This document shows positions 43,574 through 53,343 of a DNA stretch of 64,000 bases, in pieces; position 1 is the stretch's first letter; the number at the start of each line of letters is the position of its first letter. Both the position numbers and the translations under genes were made by a program. The stretch is from NCBI GenBank assembly GCA_947632355.1, contig CANROY010000002.1, forward strand, positions 2,673 to 66,672, in the 5' to 3' direction. This stretch comes from an uncultured Bacilli bacterium. GTDB lineage: Bacteria; Bacillota_I; Bacilli_A; RF39; UBA660. A model generated the notes under the pieces. The model saw nothing but the letters and a program-made list of their open reading frames with translations. It was not told where the DNA came from and did no database searches.

Positions 43574-44284
43574 ATGAAAAATATCGTGTATTCTTGGAGA
43601 AAAGAAGCCTATTTAAACATTTCCAAAACAATAGAAATAATCGATAAATTTTCTATAAAGCATATTTATCAATTATTTCATGATGATTATTTTTTAAATC
43701 CAGATGATGCGTTTTTAAAGAAAATGCAAGAATTAGGTATCACTGTTTATCATTTATGTGGGGAAAGAATATGGGGTGCAGAAGAACACGCTGTTGGACT
43801 CATCCAAGAAATAAATAAAATTTTAACCTATAATCAAAAGAATACAATACCAATTCAAGGAATTGTTTTTGATGTAGAAACTTACGCCGGTAATAGAGAA
43901 AACTTTGATTTTCAAAAATATCTTCAAAATATGATAACGGCTTATCATTATGCTCATAAAAATAATCTATACGTTGTTGTTGCTATTCCCATATGGTTTG
44001 ATAAAATTAATATTTCATATTTAGAAAGTTTAATCAAGAATGCATGTGATGAAATCTCTCTTATGAACTATACAAATAATAAAACTTTAGAACATATGGA
44101 AAATGAAATAAAATTTGCCCAAAAATATCATAAAAATATCAATACCATTTATCAAGTAGAGTTTGATCGAGAAAATACCTTTTCTTCTTTTGAAGAAATA
44201 GACAAAGATTTTAATAAACTATATGAATTTTACAAATACGATAAATTAAAAAAAGCCTATCATCATTTAGCAGATATGTGTTGA
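43574..44284 (+). CDS. hypothetical protein
   Basis: 236-aa ORF. Confidence 0.45.
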   Translation: MKNIVYSWRKEAYLNISKTIEIIDKFSIKHIYQLFHDDYFLNPDDAFLKKMQELGITVYHLCGERIWGAEEHAVGLIQEINKILTYNQKNTIPIQGIVFDVETYAGNRENFDFQKYLQNMITAYHYAHKNNLYVVVAIPIWFDKINISYLESLIKNACDEISLMNYTNNKTLEHMENEIKFAQKYHKNINTIYQVEFDRENTFSSFEEIDKDFNKLYEFYKYDKLKKAYHHLADMC

Positions 44285-44399
44285 ATAGTTTTCACTTTTT
44301 TCTATGATGATAAGTTTTGTCAAAGAGGAAAAGTTATGATACAATTTTCTTAATAAAGGAATAGGTTTTTCAATTTAAAAAGGTTGGGGGAAAAGGAAG

Positions 44400-45245
44400 A
44401 TGGAAAATAAAAAATACTATAGTCATAAACATTTAGAACTTATAAAGAAATATCAAGAAGAAGGCAGGTATGAAAAAGCCTTACAAGAGGCTGAACTTTA
44501 TTTAAAAAATTATCCTGATGAACCATTGGGGCTACTTTATTATACAAATTTATTAATCAAATTAAATTTGTTAGAAGAAGCTGAAAAAATTTTAGAGTAT
44601 ATTCCAAAAACACAAAAATTTACGATTTTAGATAAAGAAAACTATTATGGTACTATGATAAGACTCTTAGGTGCACAAAAAAGATATCAAGAGGCTTATG
44701 ACTTATTTATCGAACAAGATGTAGAAAATTTTCAAAAACAATCAACAAAAGTAGGAGACAAAATTTTCTTGTGTCGAAAGTTGGGACTTCCTATTGATAA
44801 ATCGAAGTGTGGTAAATCTTACTATTTACATCAACTTTATGATTATAGCGAAGAAAATTTTTTCAAACATGTCAAAAAACATTTTTATGTTTCCAGCAAA
44901 GATACTGCCAAGTTTTACAAAGATTTTCCTTTTCAAGAAATCTATCCCATTATAAAAGAATTACTTCCAACTGAGCATTTTGTATTACATACGCTTAACA
45001 ATCGATATGCATTATTTCGTTATGATAATTGTGGTTATTGTGATGAAGGCCCAACCAATTATTTTTGCGTTGTCTTTATTGAAGATACAAATTCTATTAT
45101 TACTATGTATCCACAAATGCCGGAAGAATACATTGGTTATACCGATTTAAATTACTTAAAAGAAGAACAAGAAGAACCTACTTTAAAACAAGTGAAACGT
45201 TTAAGTCAAATTGAAAAATTTAATCAAAAGTATAAGATGAATTAA
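44400..45245 (+). CDS. hypothetical protein (TPR-like N-terminus)
   Basis: 281-aa ORF with RBS GGGGGAAAAGGAAG. Confidence 0.45.
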   Translation: MENKKYYSHKHLELIKKYQEEGRYEKALQEAELYLKNYPDEPLGLLYYTNLLIKLNLLEEAEKILEYIPKTQKFTILDKENYYGTMIRLLGAQKRYQEAYDLFIEQDVENFQKQSTKVGDKIFLCRKLGLPIDKSKCGKSYYLHQLYDYSEENFFKHVKKHFYVSSKDTAKFYKDFPFQEIYPIIKELLPTEHFVLHTLNNRYALFRYDNCGYCDEGPTNYFCVVFIEDTNSIITMYPQMPEEYIGYTDLNYLKEEQEEPTLKQVKRLSQIEKFNQKYKMN

Positions 45246-45300
45246 GATTAAATTAGATTATAATATGGATAATTTAACATTTTATAGGAGGAAAAAGAAT

Positions 45301-45744
45301 ATGATAAGAAAAGTACAATCGAATAAGATACATACTGAAAAAATTACAAATGAACCATTTGATGATATCATAGGTCATAGCAATGGTGAAAGAAAATATT
45401 TTACAGTTGAGAATAATGATATTATCTATAAAAGATTAAAAGCAGAAACTAATTTAATCCATTTACCTTATTTAGGCCCTTGTGTGGATTTTGGTGTAGG
45501 AGATGTTTGTATTGAAGAAAGTGTTCTAGATGATAAAGAAGTTTTTAAATTTTATGTAATTGATAGAGCAGACAAAGATTATTACCAAGAATTTGATAAT
45601 ATAAAAGACGCCATACAACGTTTAGTTGATTTCTATACTGAAGTAAAAGATACATCTGACCCTGAAAAAGTGAAAGCCATTTTTATGGAAACATTGAATT
45701 TAACCGAAAATCAAGAACTAAGTTTAACTAAAAAAAGTAATTAA
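45301..45744 (+). CDS. hypothetical protein
   Basis: ATG 45301 preceded by TAGGAGGAAAAAG; 147 aa. Confidence 0.45.
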   Translation: MIRKVQSNKIHTEKITNEPFDDIIGHSNGERKYFTVENNDIIYKRLKAETNLIHLPYLGPCVDFGVGDVCIEESVLDDKEVFKFYVIDRADKDYYQEFDNIKDAIQRLVDFYTEVKDTSDPEKVKAIFMETLNLTENQELSLTKKSN

Positions 45745-45787
45745 AATCAGAATATAAGATGTATCAAATAGAGATTAAAATTCTTTT

Positions 45788-45810
45788 AGAAGAATTTCTT
45801 CTCTGTTTTT
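45788..45810 (+). terminator. intrinsic terminator (first of two tandem hairpins)
   Basis: AGAAG-AATTT-CTTCT hairpin followed by CTGTTTTTT. Confidence 0.45.
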
Positions 45811-45825
45811 TGATGCAAATTTTAA

Positions 45826-45851
45826 GTGCTAAACGATATAGCACCTTTTTT
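45826..45851 (+). terminator. intrinsic terminator (second hairpin)
   Basis: GTGCTA-AACGATA-TAGCAC hairpin followed by CTTTTTT. Confidence 0.5.
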
Positions 45852-45887
45852 GTACTTTTGTGCTATAATACTAGTAGGTGAAGATAC

Positions 45888-47249
45888 ATGGATTTAAAAA
45901 CTGATTCGAGAAAAGTACAACCTGGAGATACGTTTATTGCTATACGTAATGTGGCAAGAGATGGTCACGACTATATTTTAAATGCAATTGAAAACGGAGC
46001 AACAAAAATTATTTGCGAGGAAGGCTCATACCCCGTAGAAACAGAAATTGTCAAAGACACAAGAGACTATTTAAATGAATACTTATATCAAAATGTTTAT
46101 CCTAAAATTAGTGATATGAATTTGATTGGTGTAACAGGAACCAATGGCAAAACAACGACTTGCTTTTTAGTGTACCAAATGCTTCAAAAACTAGGAAAAA
46201 CTCCTGCCTATATTGGAACAATTGGTTTCTATTACAAAGATACAAAAAAAGTACTTAATAATACCACTCCTGACGTTGATTTATTATATGAAATGCTTCT
46301 AGAAGCCAAAGAGGCCGGCTGTGATAGTGTTGTGATGGAAGTAAGTAGTCATGCTCTAGATAAAAATAGAGTGTATGGTTTAGCTTTTGACGAAGTTGCA
46401 TTTACCAATTTAACCCAAGATCATTTAGATTATCATATCACGATGGAAAATTACTGTAATGCCAAAAAACAATTATTTTTAAAAACGAGAAAAGAAAAAA
46501 TTGCTATTCTAAATGGAGATGACGCATATTCTAAAGAATTTATACTTCCCGAAAATCATACGATCTTAATTGGAACTGATACTACATTTGATGTTGTGAT
46601 TCAAGATTTAGAGTTTAGTCATACCAAAACAAATATCAAATTTTCTTATCAAGGAAAAACGTATGAAACATCCATTAAAATGGTCGGAAGATACAACGTT
46701 TATAATTACTTAACCGCTGTATTCTTAGTGCACAAAATGGGATTTTCTTTAGAAAGTATTTTAAGTTTAAGTGAGAACTTAGAAACTCCAAGTGGTAGAA
46801 TGGAAAAACTTGAGTATGGTTCTAATAGTATCTTTATTGATTATGCCCATACGCCAGATGCTGTAGAAAATGTCTTAAAAAGCGCTTTAGAATACAAAAA
46901 AGGAAGAATTATTACGATTATTGGTTGTGGAGGAGACCGAGATCGTACCAAAAGACCGATTATGGGACATATTGCAGAAGAAAATTCGGATTTTGTGATT
47001 TTTACCAATGATAATCCAAGAACCGAAGATGAAAAACAAATTATGGAAGATATTTTAAGTGGTGTTCAAAAAGATAATCACGAAGTACTTTATAATCGCA
47101 AAGAAGCCATAGAAAAAGGAATTTCGATGTTACAAGAAAATGACCTTTTAATGATTTTGGGAAAAGGACACGAAGATTATCAAATTATTGGAACAGAAAA
47201 ACAACATTTCAGCGACAAAGAAGTTGTTTTAGAATATATTAAAGATTAG
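45888..47249 (+). CDS. murE: UDP-N-acetylmuramoyl-L-alanyl-D-glutamate--2,6-diaminopimelate (or L-lysine) ligase
   Basis: Mur ligase P-loop GVTGTNGKTTT, DNPRTE motif; extended -10 TGCTATAAT at 45861-45869; very short N-terminus before the DSRKV motif. Confidence 0.9.
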   Translation: MDLKTDSRKVQPGDTFIAIRNVARDGHDYILNAIENGATKIICEEGSYPVETEIVKDTRDYLNEYLYQNVYPKISDMNLIGVTGTNGKTTTCFLVYQMLQKLGKTPAYIGTIGFYYKDTKKVLNNTTPDVDLLYEMLLEAKEAGCDSVVMEVSSHALDKNRVYGLAFDEVAFTNLTQDHLDYHITMENYCNAKKQLFLKTRKEKIAILNGDDAYSKEFILPENHTILIGTDTTFDVVIQDLEFSHTKTNIKFSYQGKTYETSIKMVGRYNVYNYLTAVFLVHKMGFSLESILSLSENLETPSGRMEKLEYGSNSIFIDYAHTPDAVENVLKSALEYKKGRIITIIGCGGDRDRTKRPIMGHIAEENSDFVIFTNDNPRTEDEKQIMEDILSGVQKDNHEVLYNRKEAIEKGISMLQENDLLMILGKGHEDYQIIGTEKQHFSDKEVVLEYIKD

Positions 47250-47265
47250 AAGGAAGGCACTATAA

Positions 47266-47475
47266 ATGGAAAATAAAGAAGAAATGTTTTTAGATATGAT
47301 TTTACCAAATTTTAAAGAAGGAACCGTAACACAAGAGAACATTACGAAAACCTTTTTTGATTTAGAAGAAAGCAAGAAAACTTCTTGTTTATTAGAAGAT
47401 GGTCCTAAAACTTGGGAAACAAGTATTTCAAATGATGAAGAAGAAAACTATACATTAAGTAAAAAAGTAAAGTAA
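47266..47475 (+). CDS. small acidic hypothetical protein
   Basis: 69-aa ORF with RBS GAAGGAAGG; adjacent to the AAA ATPase gene. Confidence 0.4.
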   Translation: MENKEEMFLDMILPNFKEGTVTQENITKTFFDLEESKKTSCLLEDGPKTWETSISNDEEENYTLSKKVK

Positions 47476-47494
47476 TGCAAAAAGGAAGAATGAT

Positions 47495-48247
47495 ATGAAT
47501 TTTGATAGTGATTTAATTGTAAAAAAAATTTCTTTAAAAAGAGAAGAAGTACAAGATTTTAACAAATATCCATTTAATATTGAACTAGTGAAAAATTTTA
47601 AAGAATTAAATTTTAAATCACAAGTCACTTTTTTTATCGGAGAAAATGGAGTAGGAAAATCTACATTCATTGAAGCGCTAGCAGTTGCTTTAGGTCTACC
47701 TAATGAAGGAGGAACCCAAAACTTCCTTTATAGTACAAAAAATACAACTTCTAATTTAGCAGATTATTTAAAAGTAGAAACGTTTCGTAAAGCCAAAACA
47801 AAATTTTTCTTACGTGCCGAAAGTTTTTATAATTTTTCAACGGAAGTCCAAAGACTGGTAGAAGAAGATGGTTATGGGGCTTTGTATAGGTCTTATGGAG
47901 GTAATTTGCATCATTGTTCGCACGGAGAATCTTTTATTCAGTTAGTAAAAAATCGTTTTACTGACCATGGTTTCTATATTTTAGATGAACCAGAAGCCGC
48001 TTTGTCTCCACAAGGGCAATTTACTTTGCTATGTTTAATTGATGAACTTGTAAAAGCAGGAAGCCAATTTATCATTGCTACGCATTCTCCTATACTGATT
48101 AGTTACCGAAATGGGATTATTCTGGATTTAAACAATAATTTTAAAGAAACAAACTATCAAGATACCGAAATCTACAACTTATATAAAATGTATTTAAATA
48201 ATTATGAGAGTATGCAACATAAATTATTCGATGATGAAATAGAATAA
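47495..48247 (+). CDS. AAA/ABC-type ATPase (AAA_21/COG3910-like, SMC-like head)
   Basis: Walker A GENGVGKST, Walker B YILDEPEAALS, H-loop ATHSP; 250 aa. Confidence 0.7.
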   Translation: MNFDSDLIVKKISLKREEVQDFNKYPFNIELVKNFKELNFKSQVTFFIGENGVGKSTFIEALAVALGLPNEGGTQNFLYSTKNTTSNLADYLKVETFRKAKTKFFLRAESFYNFSTEVQRLVEEDGYGALYRSYGGNLHHCSHGESFIQLVKNRFTDHGFYILDEPEAALSPQGQFTLLCLIDELVKAGSQFIIATHSPILISYRNGIILDLNNNFKETNYQDTEIYNLYKMYLNNYESMQHKLFDDEIE

Positions 48248-48283
48248 GTTATAGATTCGTATAAATTTAGACAAAATATTTAG

Positions 48284-48312
48284 TTGACTTACCACTCAAT
48301 TCGTAATAAAAT
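48284..48312 (+). promoter_or_regulatory. sigma-A-type promoter of the hisS T-box leader
   Basis: -35 TTGACT 48284-48289, 17-nt spacer, -10 TAAAAT 48307-48312. Confidence 0.5.
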
Positions 48313-48319
48313 AAGACTA

Positions 48320-48535
48320 TATTAAATTTCTACGTTAAAGAAAAAGTAAAAAAATTAATTCTTTAAAAGAGAGGGCTAGAAAGCTGAAAATGCCTAAAGA
48401 ACATTTTTTGAAAAGACACCTTTAGTAGTGCGTAGAACGCGAGTGATTCGTGATAAATAAATGAAGAGTACCTAGTAAAGTAAGGTGGCACCGCGGGAAA
48501 GTCTCGTCCTTACGATACTCGGTTTTTTTATGTTT
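48320..48535 (+). promoter_or_regulatory. T-box leader upstream of hisS-aspS
   Basis: AGAGAG GA-motif about 48370; T-box AAGGTGGCACCGCGGG at 48483-48498; 3' segment almost identical to the valS leader (GGGAAAGTCTCGTCCTTAC), followed by TTTTTTT. Confidence 0.7.
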
Positions 48536-48549
48536 AGGAGGAAAAAAAT

Positions 48550-49803
48550 ATGATAACAAAACCAAAAGGAACTTATGATGTACTCGATAAGGAGGCATTA
48601 AAACTACAAAAGATTAATCGTTTAATTGAGTATACTTGTGAATTTTATAACTACGATTATATTCGTACACCTATTTTTGAATCGCGTGAGTTATTTCATA
48701 GAACGGTTGGGGAAACAACGGATATCGTAACAAAAGAAACCTATGATTTTAAAGATCGAAGTGATAGAGAACTAACTCTTCGACCTGAGGGAACGGCAGG
48801 AGTCGTTCGTTCTTTCATTGAAAATAAGATGTATGGCTCTAATATGCCTAGAAAACTTTACTATAATGGAACAATGTATCGTTATGAAAGACCAGGAAAT
48901 GGTAGAAACCGAGAATTTACGCAATTTGGGGTAGAAGTGTTAGGAAGTAATGACCCTGCTATGGATGCAGAAGTTATTTCAATGCCCTATCACATGTTTT
49001 TAGAATTAGGGTTTAAAGACTTAAATGTTAAAATCAATAATCTAGGTTCTAAAGAAGATAGAGAAAAGTATAAAGTTGCGTTAAAGGAATACTTAAAACC
49101 CCATTTAAACGATTTATGTGAAGATTGTAAGAAAAGATATGAAACCAATCCTTTGCGTATTTTAGATTGTAAAGTGGATGGTGATTCCGAGATTTTAAAA
49201 AATGTTCCAAGTATTTTAGATTATCAAAGTGAAGAGTCTACGAGTCGTTTTAAAAAAGTACTAGAATATTTAAATTTCTTAGATGTCGATTATGAAGTCG
49301 ATGAACATTTAGTACGTGGGCTAGACTATTATGACTATACCGTTTTTGAAATTGTCAGTAGTGAAGAAGTACTAGGAGGAGCAAGTACCATTGCCGCAGG
49401 AGGAAGATATAACGATTTAGTAGAAACTTTAGGTGGGCCTTCTACACCTTGTATTGGATTTGCTTGTGGACTTGAACGTGTTATGCTTGCCATGGATGCC
49501 TTTGAAGAAACCAAAAAACGCCCAATCGATTGCTATATTCTATACGTAAATGAAGAAGAAAAAATAAAAGCCCTTATGCTTGCTCAAGATTTACGTTTAA
49601 GTGGGGTTGCTGTTGATTATGATACAACCGGAAGAAGTTTAAAAAGTCAATTTAAAGAAGCCGACCGAAATGGTGCTGAACTCTTAATTTTACTCAATAG
49701 CGAAGACTTACAGAAAGGTTTAATTACCGTAAAAGATAATGTAACCAAAGAAGAAGAAAAAGTCGATGAAAATGAAATCATTGATTACATCGTTTCAAGA
49801 TAA
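48550..49803 (+). CDS. hisS: histidyl-tRNA synthetase
   Basis: Class II motifs (YRYERPGNGRNREFTQFGVE; GGRYD); 417 aa. Confidence 0.95.
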   Translation: MITKPKGTYDVLDKEALKLQKINRLIEYTCEFYNYDYIRTPIFESRELFHRTVGETTDIVTKETYDFKDRSDRELTLRPEGTAGVVRSFIENKMYGSNMPRKLYYNGTMYRYERPGNGRNREFTQFGVEVLGSNDPAMDAEVISMPYHMFLELGFKDLNVKINNLGSKEDREKYKVALKEYLKPHLNDLCEDCKKRYETNPLRILDCKVDGDSEILKNVPSILDYQSEESTSRFKKVLEYLNFLDVDYEVDEHLVRGLDYYDYTVFEIVSSEEVLGGASTIAAGGRYNDLVETLGGPSTPCIGFACGLERVMLAMDAFEETKKRPIDCYILYVNEEEKIKALMLAQDLRLSGVAVDYDTTGRSLKSQFKEADRNGAELLILLNSEDLQKGLITVKDNVTKEEEKVDENEIIDYIVSR

Positions 49804-49830
49804 ATAATAAAAAAGAAAGGATAGATAAAA

Positions 49831-51597
49831 ATGAAACAATTTAATAATGGAGAATTTAGATTAAAAGATGTTGATAAAGAATATACCGTTTATGGATGGG
49901 TCAATAAAAGACGTGATATGGGAGGAGTCATATTCGTTGATTTAAGAGATCGCTCAGGTTTTTTACAAGTTGTATTTAATAAAAGTTATTTAAAAGATGA
50001 TTTTGCTTTAGCAGAAAGTCTTAAAAACGAATACTGTATTAAAGTAACCGGTAAGTTAATTGCAAGAACGCCGGATATGGTTAATCCAAAAATTCCTACT
50101 GGAGAAGTAGAACTAATGGTTGAAAATTTAGAAATTTTAAGTGAAGCAGAGCCTGTTCCATTTAATATATATGAAGATAAAGAAATAAACGAAAACGTAG
50201 GTTTAAAATATCGTTACCTAGATCTTCGAAGAGAAAAACTACAAAAAACGATTAAAATGCGTCATCAAATCACCTCTTCTGTAAGGGAATACTTAAATAG
50301 CAAAGAGTTTTTAGAAATTGAAACCCCAATTCTATGTAAATCAACTCCTGAAGGAGCAAGAGATTATATTGTACCTTCTCGTGTCAATAAGGGTACGTTT
50401 TATGCTTTACCACAAAGCCCTCAAATTTTTAAACAACTCTTAATGGTTGGTGGATTTGAAAAATACTATCAAATTGCCAAATGTTTCCGTGATGAAGACT
50501 TAAGAGCGGACCGCCAACCAGAATTTACGCAAATTGACTTAGAAATGAGTTTTGCAAGCCAAGAAGATATAATGGCTTTAGTAGAAGGTATGATTAAATA
50601 TGTGGTCAAAAAAGTAAAAGATATTGATTTACCAGATTTTCCAAAAATGCCTTATAAAGAAGCCATGGACCGTTTTGGTTCTGATAAACCCGATACGAGA
50701 TTTTCGATGGAACTATTAGATTTAACGGAAATTTTAAGAAATACCAATATGAATGTATTTCGTAATGTTATTGAACAAGGTGGTATCGTTAAATGTTTAA
50801 TCGTTAAGAATAACGGTGATAAATATTCAAGAAGTGATGTGGAGCACTTAACGGATTTTGTTAAAATCTATGGTGCTAAAGGACTTGCTTGGTTAAAATA
50901 CGATGATGATAAATTTAATGGAGTTATTGCTAAGAACTTAGAGGATGAAAAACTTGAAGCTATCCGTAAAACTTATAATGTCGAAAATAACGATTTAATC
51001 CTAATTGTTGCGGATAAGAAAAAGATTGTCTATGATTCTTTGGGTGCCTTACGTTTGAAAATTGCAAATGAATTAAACTTAATTGATAAAGAAAAAATGA
51101 ACTTCTTATGGGTTGTTGATTTTCCAATGTTTGAATATTCAGAAACGGAAGGAAGATATAAAGCGATGCATCACCCCTTTACCATGCCAAGTGATTTAGA
51201 AATGCTTAAAACCGATAAAGAAAACGTACTAAGCATTGCGTATGACATTGTCTTAAATGGTTATGAATTAGGTGGAGGTTCAGTTCGTATTCATAATCCA
51301 AAAGTGCAAAAAGTGGTCTTTGATGCCCTAGAACTAACCGAAGAAGATATTAAAAATAAATTTGGATTCTTTATGGATGCCTTCAAGTTTGGAGCACCTC
51401 CTCATGCAGGGTTAGCCATTGGTCTTGAACGTTTCACCATGCTTTTAAGTGGCACCGATAATATAAAAGATGTAATTGCATTTCCTAAAACCCAAAGTGC
51501 CAGCGATATTATGAGCGAAGCACCAAATAAAGTAAGTGAGGAACAACTAGAAGAACTAGGAATTTCGATAGTAGAAAGTAGTGAAGAAGATGCCTAA
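49831..51597 (+). CDS. aspS: aspartyl-tRNA synthetase
   Basis: OB-fold N-terminus, PQSPQIFKQLLMV, FRDEDLRADRQPEFTQID, GGGSVRIH; 588 aa. Confidence 0.95.
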   Translation: MKQFNNGEFRLKDVDKEYTVYGWVNKRRDMGGVIFVDLRDRSGFLQVVFNKSYLKDDFALAESLKNEYCIKVTGKLIARTPDMVNPKIPTGEVELMVENLEILSEAEPVPFNIYEDKEINENVGLKYRYLDLRREKLQKTIKMRHQITSSVREYLNSKEFLEIETPILCKSTPEGARDYIVPSRVNKGTFYALPQSPQIFKQLLMVGGFEKYYQIAKCFRDEDLRADRQPEFTQIDLEMSFASQEDIMALVEGMIKYVVKKVKDIDLPDFPKMPYKEAMDRFGSDKPDTRFSMELLDLTEILRNTNMNVFRNVIEQGGIVKCLIVKNNGDKYSRSDVEHLTDFVKIYGAKGLAWLKYDDDKFNGVIAKNLEDEKLEAIRKTYNVENNDLILIVADKKKIVYDSLGALRLKIANELNLIDKEKMNFLWVVDFPMFEYSETEGRYKAMHHPFTMPSDLEMLKTDKENVLSIAYDIVLNGYELGGGSVRIHNPKVQKVVFDALELTEEDIKNKFGFFMDAFKFGAPPHAGLAIGLERFTMLLSGTDNIKDVIAFPKTQSASDIMSEAPNKVSEEQLEELGISIVESSEEDA

Positions 51598-51895
51598 ATT
51601 TACCAAAGAATTAGTAGATGATTTAGCAAGAAAACTATTAATTGGTCTATCAGAAGAAGAAAACAAACACGTTTTAGATGAATTTGAAGTTATAGATGAA
51701 AATCTTGCGAAAGTGGATGCTTTCCCTAATATTAAAGAAATTGCCCCAATGACACACGCTCTAGATGACTTTACCTTTACTTTAAGAGAGGATGTAGCAA
51801 AACCTTCTGTACCTATAGAAGATGCCTTAAAAAATTGTGATGATATAGAAGGTAGAGAAGTAGAAGTACCAAAAGTAGTAGGAGGGGAGAATTAA
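51581..51895 (+). CDS. gatC: Asp/Glu-tRNA amidotransferase subunit C
   Basis: About 100 aa, overlaps the aspS end and precedes gatA; alternative start ATG 51590. Confidence 0.8.
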   Translation: MKKMPKFTKELVDDLARKLLIGLSEEENKHVLDEFEVIDENLAKVDAFPNIKEIAPMTHALDDFTFTLREDVAKPSVPIEDALKNCDDIEGREVEVPKVVGGEN

Positions 51896-53343
51896 TGGAT
51901 AAAACAATTGAAGAACTACACGAACTATTAAAAAGCGGGAAAGTAACGAGTCAAGAATTAATTCGTGAATCTTTACAAAAATCCCATGAAGTAGAAGAAA
52001 AGTATAATGCTTTTGTAACGATTTTAGATGATGCAAAAGAAACTCCTATTACCGATAACCTACTATCCGGTATTCCGTTTGGAATTAAAGATAATTATTC
52101 AACGAAAGATATTTTATCTACGGGTTCATCCAACACCTTAAAGGATTATGTTCCATTTTTTAATGCCACTGCCGTGCAAAAATTATTAGATGCTGGGGCA
52201 GTTCCTGTTAATAAAACCGCGATGGATGAATTTGGTATGGGTGGAACAGGAACCACATGTCATACCGGAGTTGTCAAAAATCCTTGGGACCCAACTCGTA
52301 TGACAGCAGGTTCTAGTGCAGGAAGTGCTTGTGCGGTTGCGGCAGGAGTATACCCTTATGCTCTTGGAAGTGATACAGGAGATTCTATAAGAAAACCTGC
52401 AGCTTACTGTGGAATTGTTGGATATAAACCAACGTATGGAATGATTTCTAGATATGGCTTATTTCCTTTTGCATCAAGCCTTGACCACTGCGGTGTTCTA
52501 TGTCGTAGTGTTAAAGATGCAGCCATTGTCGTAGATACCATGAAGGGTATTGATGAAAATGATATGACCTCTTGGGATTCAAAAGACATTCATTTATACG
52601 AAAGCCTTGATGGCAATGTCAAAGGAATGAAGTTATGCTATATCAAAGAATTATGTGACATTAAATACTATCCAAATGCGAATGAAGAATTAAAGAGTCA
52701 TTTAAAAAACTTTATGGAAAAAATAGAACTATGTAAGAGTTTAGGTATGACAGTAGAAGAAGTTTCGATTGACGAACAACTTCTAAACGCTCTACCTAGT
52801 GTATATGTCGTTATATCTTGTGCAGAAGCAACAAGTAATATGTCAAATCTAACGGGTATTATTTTTGGACCTCGTGGAAATGGTAAAAACTACGAAGAAA
52901 TGATGATGGACCATCGTACCAAAGGGTTCTCTCCATTAATCAAACGTCGTTTTATCATTGGTTCTTATATCTTACAAAAAGAAAATCAAGAACGTTACTT
53001 TAAAAATGCGGGAAGAGTTAGAAGAATGCTGGTCGATGCTTGGAAAAAGTTATATGAAACCTATGATGCTGTTATTTTACCGGTTAGTAGTGGACCTGCA
53101 AAACACCTAGATAGCGACAAAGATATGTTAACGAAAGATACGGCCGTTTTAGAAGAGCACTTACAAATTGGGAACTTTGGAGGATTTCCTTCCATTACCA
53201 TTCCCGATGGTTTTGTAAGTGGTTTACCCGTTGCTCTTAATATTACTGGAAACTGCTATAACGATAGTAAAGTCTTAAATATCGCATATGCATTAGAAAG
53301 TGCAATGGATTATAAAAATCAAATTGCAAAGGAGGTAAAATAA
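51895..53343 (+). CDS. gatA: Asp/Glu-tRNA amidotransferase subunit A
   Basis: Amidase signature GSSAGSACAVAAG with catalytic Ser and Lys context; 482 aa. Confidence 0.93.
   Translation: MDKTIEELHELLKSGKVTSQELIRESLQKSHEVEEKYNAFVTILDDAKETPITDNLLSGIPFGIKDNYSTKDILSTGSSNTLKDYVPFFNATAVQKLLDAGAVPVNKTAMDEFGMGGTGTTCHTGVVKNPWDPTRMTAGSSAGSACAVAAGVYPYALGSDTGDSIRKPAAYCGIVGYKPTYGMISRYGLFPFASSLDHCGVLCRSVKDAAIVVDTMKGIDENDMTSWDSKDIHLYESLDGNVKGMKLCYIKELCDIKYYPNANEELKSHLKNFMEKIELCKSLGMTVEEVSIDEQLLNALPSVYVVISCAEATSNMSNLTGIIFGPRGNGKNYEEMMMDHRTKGFSPLIKRRFIIGSYILQKENQERYFKNAGRVRRMLVDAWKKLYETYDAVILPVSSGPAKHLDSDKDMLTKDTAVLEEHLQIGNFGGFPSITIPDGFVSGLPVALNITGNCYNDSKVLNIAYALESAMDYKNQIAKEVK

Noticed and set aside
45826-45844. 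CIRCE-like sequence AAGTGCTAA…TAGCAC upstream of murE
   Set aside because: Half-sites are in the reverse arrangement with a 7-nt spacer and a following T-run; interpreted as a terminator hairpin, not an HrcA operator.
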